Source: Flaccisagitta enflata (taxonomy: Eukaryota). From it: 64,000 nucleotides of DNA. Every line of letters starts with the position of its first letter. Positions within the stretch are counted from its first letter, which is position 1. Both the position numbers and the translations under genes were made by a program. A model generated the notes under the pieces. That model did not search any database and was not told where the DNA came from. It saw nothing but the letters and a program-made list of their open reading frames with translations. Where the stretch lies: NCBI GenBank assembly GCA_965153355.1, contig OZ231126.1, positions 14,198,001-14,262,000 of the forward strand. Direction: 5' to 3'. This document shows, piece after piece, positions 53,059 through 64,000 of this stretch.

Positions 53059-56000
53059 GGCCGGGCCTATTCCTAACAGTCTTATTAGGGGGAAAATTAA
53101 TCAAAATATGAATTTCTCGATTTTTCGCTCATCTATCAATGGAATTAGCTATTTCTAATTCTCCCCTGTGATAAAAAATCAAATTTGGGCCAAAAACTAA
53201 ATGCTTTGAGGTATTTTTAGGGCTTGAAATCGGCCCATTAGAGCCATTTTTTGACAATCTTGAAAATCGGAGGCTTCAAGAAGGTGTCATCTTTGAGAGC
53301 CAATAGCTTTTTATTGGAGAGAGATAATAGTTAGCTCTTTTTTTCAGATGAGAGTACTCAAAAAGATCTTTCAAATAAGCACTGACTTTCCTCAAAAACT
53401 ATTCTCCATTAGCGGATAATGACCTAACAAAGTTAACTGAGTACAGGGTTGCTTCTTATAAGGATGTTAGGAAGCGAGCAGAGACCAGATTTGAGTATAT
53501 GTGTTTTTTCCTTGGAGGGCAAAGGATTTGAGCTATTGAGTTGATTTTTTTGTGGATCTTCAATGGAAGGCTATTGCTGATGCAATAAAATAACAATTTG
53601 TTGAGTCAAAAACAGATTTTTGAGGATTTTGAGCTTAACTAGTGTAAAATATGCGATTCTATTATGCAGTTCTGGCTGTTAAAATTCATCAAATACAGAG
53701 TAAATAGCTTATTTGAGGTTCAAAAAAGGGCTTGATTATGCTTAGAATTGATGTTAGAGATGATTTAGCCACTTTGGAGAAACTTCTACGCGGTCAGGAA
53801 TTTTTAAAATCAATTTTAGTCAAACTCAACACTTTTTCTTTATATTTCTTCTTATGGGTGTTGATAGCATAAGCAAGAAAAAAAATGTACATTTAGATGT
53901 AATCTAGGGCCACTTTGCCTTTTTTCTGGTAATCAAACCATTCGTTGGCCTTTTGGGGGTATCTGCACCACTTTTAGTTCAGAAAACAAAGTAGCAAGGC
54001 TCCTAAGAGAGTGCCATAATCTGCCGTTGGTCGCCGCCCACGGCCGGCCTATTCCTAACAGTCTTATTAGGGGGAAAATTAATCAAAATATGAATTTCTC
54101 GATTTTTCGCTCATCTATCAATGGAATTAGCTATTTCTAATTCTCCCCTGTGATAAAAAATCAAATTTGGGCCAAAAACTAAATGCTTTGAGGTATTTTT
54201 AGGGCTTGAAATTGGCCCATTAGAGCCATTTTTTGACAATCTTGAAAATCGGAGGCTTCAAGAAGGTGTCATCTTTGAGAGCCAATAGCTTTTTATTGGA
54301 GAGAGATAATAGTTAGCTCTTTTTTTCAGATGAGAGTACTCAAAAAGATCTTTCAAATAAGCACTGACTTTCCTCAAAAACTATTCTCCATTAGCGGATA
54401 ATGACCTAACAAAGTTAACTGAGTACAGGGTTGCTTCTTATAAGGATGTTAGGAAGCGAGCAGAGACCAGATTTGAGTATATGTGTTTTTTCCTTGGAGG
54501 GCAAAGGATTTGAGCTATTGAGTTGATTTTTTTTGTGGATCTTCATTGGAAGGCTATTGCTGATGCAATAAAATAACAATTTGTTGAGTCAAAAACAGAT
54601 TTTTGAGGATTTTGAGCCTAACTAGTGTAAAATATGCGATTCTATTATGCAGTTCTGGCTGTTAAAATTCATCAAATACAGAGTAAATAGGTTATTTGAG
54701 GTTCAAAAAAGGGCTTGATTATGCTTAGAATTGATGTTAGAGATGATTTAGCCACTTTGGAGAAACTTCTACGCGGTCAGGAATTTTTAAAATCAATTTT
54801 AGTCAAACTCAACACTTTTTCTTTATATTTCTTCTTATGGGTGTTGATAGCATAAGCAAGTAAAAAAAATGTACATTTAGATGTAATCTAGGGCCACTTT
54901 GCCTTTTTTCTGGTAATCAAACCATTCGTTGGCCTTTTGGGGGTATCTGCACCACTTTTAGTTCAGAAAACAAAGTAGCAAGGCTCCTAAGAGAGTGCCA
55001 TAATCTGCCGTTGGTCGCCGCCCACGGCCGGGCCTATTCCTAACAGTCTTATTAGGGGGAAAATTAATCAAAATATGAATTTCTCGATTTTTCGCTCATC
55101 TATCAATGGAATTAGCTATTTCTAATTCTCCCCTGTGATAAAAAATCAAATTTGGGCCAAAAACTAAATGCTTTGAGGTATTTTTAGGGCTTGAAATTGG
55201 CCCATTAGAGCCATTTTTTGACAATCTTGAAAATCGGAGGCTTCAAGAAGGTGTCATCTTTGAGAGCCAATAGCTTTTTATTGGAGAGAGATAATAGTTA
55301 GCTCTTTTTTTCAGATGAGAGTACTCAAAAAGATCTTTCAAATAAGCACTGACTTTCCTCAAAAACTATTCTCCATTAGCGGATAATGACCTAACAAAGT
55401 TAACTGAGTACAGGGTTGCTTCTTATAAGGATGTTAGGAAGCGAGCAGAGACCAGATTTGAGTATATGTGTTTTTTCCTTGGAGGGCAAAGGATTTGAGC
55501 TATTGAGTTGATTTTTTTTGTGGATCTTCATTGGAAGGCTATTGCTGATGCAATAAAATAACAATTTGTTGAGTCAAAAACAGATTTTTGAGGATTTTGA
55601 GCCTAACTAGTGTAAAATATGCGATTCTATTATGCGGTTCTGGCTGTTAAAATTCATCCAATACAGAGTAAATAGGTTATTTGAGGTTTAAAAAAGGGCT
55701 TGATTATGCTTAGAATTGATGTTAGAGATGATTTAGCCACTTTGGAGAAACTTCTACGCGGTCAGGAATTTTTAAAATCAATTTTAGTCAAACTCAACAC
55801 TTTTTCTTTATATTTCTTCTTATGGGTGTTGATAGCATAAGCAAGTAAAAAAAATGTACATTTAGATGTAATCTAGGGCCACTTTGCCTTTTTTCTGGTA
55901 ATCAAACCATTCGTTGGCCTTTTGGGGGTATCTGCACCACTTTTAGTTCAGAAAACAAAGTAGCAAGGCTCCTAAGAGAGTGCCATAATCTGCCGTTGGT

Positions 56001-59000
56001 CGCCGCCCACGGCCGGGCCTATTCCTAACAGTCTTATTAGGGGGAAAATTAATCAAAATATGAATTTCTCGATTTTTCGCTCATCTATCAATGGAATTAG
56101 CTATTTCTAATTCTCCCCTGTGATAAAAAATCAAATTTGGGCCAAAAACTAAATGCTTTGAGGTATTTTAGGGCTTGAAATCGGCCCATTAGAGCCATTT
56201 TTTGACAATCTTGAAAATTGGAGGCTTCAAGAAGGTGTCATCTTTGAGAGCCAATAGCTTTTTATTGGAGAGAGATAGTAGTTAGCTCTTTTTTTCAGAT
56301 GAGAGTACTCAAAAAGATCTTTCAAATAAGCACTGACTTTCCTCAAAAACTATTCTCCATTAGCGGATAATGACCTAACAAAGTTAACTGAGTACAGGGT
56401 TGCTTCTTATAAGGATGTTAGGAAGCGAGCAGAGACCAGATTTGAGTATATGTGTTTTTTCCTTGGAGGGCAAAGGATTTGAGCTATTGAGTTGATTTTT
56501 TTTTGTGGATCTTCATTGGAAGGCTATTGCTGATGCAATAAAATAACAATTTGTTGAGTCAAAAACAGATTTTTGAGGATTTTGAGCCTAACTAGTGTAA
56601 AATATGCGATTCTATTATGCGGTTCTGGCTGTTAAAATTCATCAAATACAGAGTAAATAGGTTATTTGAGGTTCAAAAAAGGGCTTGATTATGCTTAGAA
56701 TTGATGTTAGAGATGATTTAGCCACTTTGGAGAAACTTCTACGCGGTCAGGAATTTTTAAAATCAATTTTAGTCAAACTCAACACTTTTTCTTTATATTT
56801 CTTCTTATGGGTGTTGATAGCATAAGCAAGTAAAAAAAATGTACATTTAGATGTAATCTAGGGCCACTTTGCCTTTTTTCTGGTAATCAAACCATTCGTT
56901 GGCCTTTTGGGGGTATCTGCACCACTTTTAGTTCAGAAAACAAAGTAGCAAGGCTCCTAAGAGAGTGCCATAATCTGCCGTTGGTCGCCGCCCACGGCCG
57001 GGCCTATTCCTAACAGTCTTATTAGGGGAAAATTAATCAAAATATGAATTTCTCGATTTTTCGCTCATCTATCAATGGAATTAGCTATTTCTAATTCTCC
57101 CCTGTGATAAAAAATCAAATTTGGGCCAAAAACTAAATGCTTTGAGGTATTTTTAGGGCTTGAAATCGGCCCATTAGAGCCATTTTTTGACAATCTTGAA
57201 AATCGGAGGCTTCAAGAAGGTGTCATCTTTGAGAGCCAATAGCTTTTTATTGGAGAGAGATAATAGTTAGCTCTTTTTTTCAGATGAGAGTACTCAAAAA
57301 GATCTTTCAAATAAGCACTGACTTTCCTCAAAAACTATTCTCCATTAGCGGATAATGACCTAACAAAGTTAACTGAGTACAGGGTTGCTTCTTATAAGGA
57401 TGTTAGGAAGCGAGCAGAGACCAGATTTGAGTATATGTGTTTTTTCCTTGGAGGGCAAAGGATTTGAGCTATTGAGTTGATTTTTTTGTGGATCTTCAAT
57501 GGAAGGCTATTGCTGATGCAATAAAATAACAATTTGTTGAGTCAAAAACAGATTTTTGAGGATTTTGAGCCTAACTAGTGTAAAATATGCGATTCTATTA
57601 TGCGGTTCTGGCTGTTAAAATTCATCAAATACAGAGTAAATAGCTATTTGAGGTTCAAAAAAGGGCTTGATTATGCTTAGAATTGATGTTAGAGATGATT
57701 TAGCCACTTTGGAGAAACTTCTACGCGGTCAGGAATTTTTAAAATCAATTTTAGTCAAACTCAACACTTTTTCTTTATATTTCTTCTTATGGGTGTTGAT
57801 AGCATAAGCAAGTAAAAAAATGTACATTTAGATGTAATCTAGGGCCACTTTGCCTTTTTCTGGTAATCAAACCATTCGTTGGCCTTTTGGGGGTATCTGC
57901 ACCACTTTTAGTTCAGAAAACAAAGTAGCAAGGCTCCTAAGAGAGTGCCATAATCTGCCGTTGGTCGCCGCCCACGGCCGGGCCTATTCCTAACAGTCTT
58001 ATTAGGGGGAAAATTAATCAAAATATGAATTTCTCGATTTTTCGCTCATTTATCAATGGAATTAGCTATTTCTAATTCTCCCCTGTGATAAAAAATCAAA
58101 TTTGGGCCAAAAACTAAATGCTTTGAGGTATTTTTAGGGCTTGAAATCGGCCCATTAGAGCCATTTTTTGACAATCTTGAAAATCGGAGGCTTCAAGAAG
58201 GTGTCATCTTTGAGAGCCAATAGCTTTTTATTGGAGAGAGATAATAGTTAGCTCTTTTTTTCAGATGAGAGTACTCAAAAAGATCTTTCAAATAAGCACT
58301 GACTTTCCTCAAAAACTATTCTCCATTAGCAGATAATGACCTAACAAAGTTAACTGAGTACAGGGTTGCTTCTTATAAGGATGTTAGGAAGCGAGCAGAG
58401 ACCAGATTTGAGTATATGTGTTTTTTCCTTGGAGGGCAAAGGATTTGAGCTATTGAGTTGATTTTTTTTGTGGATCTTCATTGGAAGGCTATTGCTGATG
58501 CAATAAAATAACAATTTGTTGAGTCAAAAACAGATTTTTGAGGATTTTGAGCCTAACTAGTGTAAAATATGCGATTCTATTATGCGGTTCTGGCTGTTAA
58601 AATTCATCAAATACAGAGTAAATAGGTTATTTGAGGTTCAAAAAAGGGCTTGATTATGCTTAGAATTGATGTTAGAGATGATTTAGCCACTTTGGAGAAA
58701 CTTCTACGCGGTCAGGAATTTTTAAAATCAATTTTAGTCAAACTCAACACTTTTTCTTTATATTTCTTCTTATGGGTGTTGATAGCATAAGCAAGTAAAA
58801 AAAATGTACATTTAGATGTAATCTAGGGCCACTTTGGCTTTTTTCTGGTAATCAAACCATTCATTGGCCTTTTGGGGGTATCTGCACCAGTTTTAGTTCA
58901 GAAAACAAAGTAGCAAGGCTCCTAAGAGAGTGCCATAATCTGCCGTTGGTCGCCGCCCACGGCCGGGCCTATTCCTAACAGTCTTATTAGAGGGAAAATT

Positions 59001-62000
59001 AATCAAAATATGAATTTCTTGATTTTTCGCTCATTTATCAATGGAATTAGCTATTTCTAATTCTCCCCTGTGATAAAAAATCAAATTTGGGCCAAAAACT
59101 AAATGCTTTGAGGTATTTTTAGGGCTTGAAATCGGCCCATTAGAGCCATTTTTGACAATCTTGAAAATCGGAGGCTTCAAGAAGGTGTCATCTTTGAGAG
59201 CCAATAGCTTTTTATTGGAGAGAGATAATAGTTAGCTCTTTTTTTCAGATGAGAGTACTCAAAAAGATCTTTCAAATAAGCACTGACTTTCCTCAAAAAC
59301 TATTCTCCATTAGCAGATAATGACCTAACAAAGTTAACTGAGTACAGGGTTGCTTCTTATAAGGATGTTAGGAAGCGAGCAGAGACCAGATTTGAGTATA
59401 TGTGTTTTTTCCTTGGAGGGCAAAGGATTTGAGCTATTGAGTTGATTTTTTTGTGGATCTTCAATGGAAGGCTATTGCTGATGCAATAAAATAACAATTT
59501 GTTGAGTCAAAAACAGATTTTTGAGGATTTTGAGCCTAACTAGTGTAAAATATGCGATTCTATTATGCGGTTCTGGCTGTTAAAATTCATCAAATACAGA
59601 GTAAATAGGTTATTTGAGGTTCAAAAAAGGGCTTGATTATGCTTAGAATTGATGTTAGAGATGATTTAGCCACTTTGGAGAAACTTCTACGCGGTCAGGA
59701 ATTTTTAAAATCAATTTTAGTCAAACTCAACACTTTTTCTTTATATTTCTTCTTATGGGTGTTGATAGCATAAGCAAGTAAAAAAATGTACATTTAGATG
59801 TAATCTAGGGCCACTTTGCCTTTTTTCTGGTAATCAAACCATTCGTTGGCCTTTTGGGGGTATCTGCACCACTTTTAGTTCAGAAAACAAAGTAGCAAGG
59901 CTCCTAAGAGAGTGCCATAATCTGCCGTTGGTCGCCGCCCACGGCCGGGCCTATTCCTAACAGTCTTATTAGGGGGAAAATTAATCAAAATATGAATTTC
60001 TCGATTTTTCGCTCATCTATCAATGGAATTAGCTATTTCTAATTCTCCCCTGTGATAAAAATCAAATTTGGGCCAAAAACTAAATGCTTTGAGGTATTTT
60101 TAGGGCTTGAAATCGGCCCATTAGAGCCATTTTTTGACAATCTTGAAAATCGGAGGCTTCAAGAAGGTGTCATCTTTGAGAGCCAATAGCTTTTTATTGG
60201 AGAGAGATAATAGTTAGCTCTTTTTTTCAGATGAGAGTACTCAAAAAGATCTTTCAAATAAGCACTGACTTTCCTCAAAAACTATTCTCCATTAGCGGAT
60301 AATGACCTAACAAAGTTAACTGAGTACAGGGTTGCTTCTTATAAGGATGTTAGGTAGCGAGCAGAGACCAGATTTGAGTATATGTGTTTTTTCCTTGGAG
60401 GGCAAAGGATTTGAGCTATTGAGTTGATTTTTTTTGTGGATCTTCATTGGAAGGCTATTGCTGATGCAATAAAATAACAATTTGTTGAGTCAAAAACAGA
60501 TTTTTGAGGATTTTGAGCCTAACTAGTGTAAAATATGCGATTCTATTATGCGGTTCTGGCTGTTAAAATTCATCAAATACAGAGTAAATAGGTTATTTGA
60601 GGTTCAAAAAAGGGCTTGATTATGCTTAGAATTGATGTTAGAGATGATTTAGCCACTTTGGAGAAACTTCTACGCGGTCAGGAATTTTTAAAATCAATTT
60701 TAGTCAAACTCAACACTTTTTCTTTATATTTCTTCTTATGGGTGTTGATAGCATAAGCAAGTAAAAAAATGTACATTTAGATGTAATCTAGGGCCACTTT
60801 GCCTTTTTTCTGGTAATCAAACCATTCGTTGGCCTTTTGGGGGTATCTGCACCACTTTTAGTTCAGAAAACAAAGTAGCAAGGCTCCTAAGAGAGTGCCA
60901 TAATCTGCCGTTGGTCGCCGCCCACGGCCGGGCCTATTCCTAACAGTCTTATTAGGGGGAAAATTAATCAAAATATGAATTTCTCGATTTTTCGCTCATC
61001 TATCAATGGAATTAGCTATTTCTAATTCTCCCCTGTGATAAAAATCAAATTTGGGCCAAAAACTAAATGCTTTGAGGTATTTCTAGGGCTTGAAATTGGC
61101 CCATTAGAGCCATTTTTTGACAATCTTGAAAATCGGAGGCTTCAAGAAGGTGTCATCTTTGAGAGCCAATAGCTTTTTATTGGAGAGAGATAATAGTTAG
61201 CTCTTTTTTTCAGATGAGAGTACTCAAAAAGATCTTTCAAATAAGCACTGACTTTCCTCAAAAACTATTCTCCATTAGCGGATAATGACCTAACAAAGTT
61301 AACTGAGTACAGGGTTGCTTCTTATAAGGATGTTAGGAAGCGAGCAGAGACCAGATTTGAGTATATGTGTTTTTTCCTTGGAGGGCAAAGGATTTGAGCT
61401 ATTGAGTTGATTTTTTTGTGGATCTTCAATGGAAGGCTATTGCTGATGCAATAAAATAACAATTTGTTGAGTCAAAAACAGATTTTTGAGGATTTTGAGC
61501 CTAACTAGTGTAAAATATGCGATTCTATTATGCGGTTCTGGCTGTTAAAATTCATCAAATACAGAGTAAATAGGTTATTTGAGGTTCAAAAAAGGGCTTG
61601 ATTATGCTTAGAATTGATGTTAGAGATGATTTAGCCACTTTGGAGAAACTTCTACGCGGTCAGGAATTTTTAAAATCAATTTTAGTCAAACTCAACACTT
61701 TTTCTTTATATTTCTTCTTATGGGTGTTGATAGCATAAGCAAGTAAAAAAAATGTACATTTAGATGTAATCTAGGGCCACTTTGCCTTTTTCTGGTAATC
61801 AAACCATTCGTTGGCCTTTTGGGGGTATCTGCACCACTTTTAGTTCAGAAAACAAAGTAGCAAGGCTCCTAAGAGAGTGCCATAATCTGCCGTTGGTCGC
61901 CGCCCACGGCCGGGCCTATTCCTAACAGTCTTATTAGGGGAAAATTAATCAAAATATGAATTTCTCGATTTTTCGCTCATCTATCAATGGAATTAGCTAT

Positions 62001-64000
62001 TTCTAATTCTCCCCTGTGATAAAAAATCAAATTTGGGCCAAAAACTAAATGCTTTGAGGTATTTTTAGGGCTTGAAATCGGCCCATTAGAGCCATTTTTG
62101 ACAATCTTGAAAATCGGAGGCTTCAAGAAGGTGTCATCTTTGAGAGCCAATAGCTTTTTATTGGAGAGAGATAATAGTTAGCTCTTTTTTTCAGATGAGA
62201 GTACTCAAAAAGATCTTTCAAATAAGCACTGACTTTCCTCAAAAACTATTCTCCATTAGCGGATAATGACCTAACAAAGTCAACTGAGTACAGGGTTGCT
62301 TCTTATAAGGATGTTAGGAAGCGAGCAGAGACCAGATTTGAGTATATGTGTTTTTTCCTTGGAGGGCAAAGGATTTGAGCTATTGAGTTGATTTTTTTTG
62401 TGGATCTTCATATGAAGGCTATTGCTGATGCAATAAAATAACAATTTGTTGAGTCAAAAACAGATTTTTGAGGATTTTGAGCCTAACTAGTGTAAAATAT
62501 GCGATTCTATTATGCGGTTCTGGCTGTTAAAATTCATCAAATACAGAGTAAATAGGTTATTTGAGGTTCAAAAAAGGGCTTGATTATGCTTAGAATTGAT
62601 GTTAGAGATGATTTAGCCACTTTGGAGAAACTTCTACGCGGTCAGGAATTTTTAAAATCAATTTTAGTCAAACTCAACACTTTTTCTTTATATTTCTTCT
62701 TATGGGTGTTGATAGCATAAGCAAGTAAAAAAAATGTACATTTAGATGTAATCTAGGGCCACTTTGCCTTTTTTCTGGTAATCAAACCATTCGTTGGCCT
62801 TTTTGGGGTATCTGCACCACTTTTAGTTCAGAAAACAAAGTAGCAAGGCTCCTAAGAGAGTGCCATAATCTGCCGTTGGTCGCCGCCCACGGCCGGGCCT
62901 ATTCCTAACAGTCTTATTAGGGGAAAATTAATCAAAATATGAATTTCTCGATTTTTCGCTCATTTATCAATGGAATTAGCTATTTCTAATTCTCCCCTGT
63001 GATAAAAAATCAAATTTGGGCCAAAAACTAAATGCTTTGAGGTATTTTTAGGGCTTGAAATCGGCCCATTAGAGCCATTTTTTGACAATCTTGAAAATCG
63101 GAGGCTTCAAGAAGGTGTCATCTTTGAGAGCCAATAGCTTTTTATTGGAGAGAGATAATAGTTAGCTCTTTTTTTGATGAGAGTACTCAAAAAGATCTTT
63201 CAAATAAGCACTGACTTTCCTCAAAAACTATTCTCCATTAGCGGATAATGACCTAACAAAGTTAACTGAGTACAGGGTTGCTTCTTATAAGGATGTTAGG
63301 AAGCGAGCAGAGACCAGATTTGAGTATATGTGTTTTTTCCTTGGAGGGCAAAGGATTTGAGCTATTGAGTTGATTTTTTTTGTGGATCTTCAATGGAAGG
63401 CTATTGCTGATGCAATAAAATAACAATTTGTTGAGTCAAAAACAGATTTTTGAGGATTTTGAGCCTAACTAGTGTAAAATATGCGATTCTATTATGCGGT
63501 TCTGGCTGTTAAAATTCATCAAATACAGAGTAAATAGCTTATTTGAGGTTCAAAAAGGGCTTGATTATGCTTAGAATTGATGTTAGAGATGATTTAGCCA
63601 CTTTGGAGAAACTTCTACGCGGTCAGGAATTTTTAAAATCAATTTTAGTCAAACTCAACACTTTTTCTTTATATTTCTTCTTATGGGTGTTGATAGCATA
63701 AGCAAGTAAAAAAATGTACATTTAGATGTAATCTAGGGCCACTTTGCCTTTTTTCTGGTAATCAAACCATTCGTTGGCCTTTTGGGGGTATCTGCACCAC
63801 TTTTAGTTCAGAAAACAAAGTAGCAAGGCTCCTAAGAGAGTGCCATAATCTGCCGTTGGTCGCCGCCCACGGCCGGGCCTATTCCTAACAGTCTTATTAG
63901 GGGGAAAATTAATCAAAATATGAATTTCTCGATTTTTCGCTCATCTATCAATGGAATTAGCTATTTCTAATTCTCCCCTGTGATAAAAAATCAAATTTGG
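53059..64000 (+). repeat. ~984-bp tandem array, at least 11 near-identical units, running off the window
   Basis: Junction GCCCACGGCCG(G)GCCTATTCC recurs near 54042, 55026, 56011, 56996, 57976, 58961, 59943, 60926, 61907, 62891 and 63871. No ORF of 60 aa or more in the track. Confidence 0.98.

Overview
Animal (probably invertebrate) nuclear DNA, AT-rich and dominated by repeats. One host gene is well supported: a minus-strand Na+/Ca2+ exchanger (NCX/SLC8/Calx family). It has three coding exons (42038-41823, 36750-36501, 35632-33360) that splice in frame through GT-AG sites to about 912 aa. A 5'-truncated RLE-type non-LTR retrotransposon (HERO-like) lies at about 11490-13205. The rest is non-autonomous elements: Helentron/DINE-1-like (HINE) families, TA-flanked fold-back MITEs, hAT-like MITEs, a tRNA-derived SINE and many microsatellites, nested up to six levels deep. 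The right part holds two tandem arrays. One is a 122-bp satellite (46953-49280) containing Illumina adapter sequence, an assembly artefact. The other is a ~984-bp array (53059 to window end, plus an orphan block at 45380-46952) that starts with a Transib/RSS-like CACTGTG end. No database comparison was possible, so family names come from motif recognition. I found no demonstrably new biological system; the best candidate is the transposon-like origin of the ~984-bp array.
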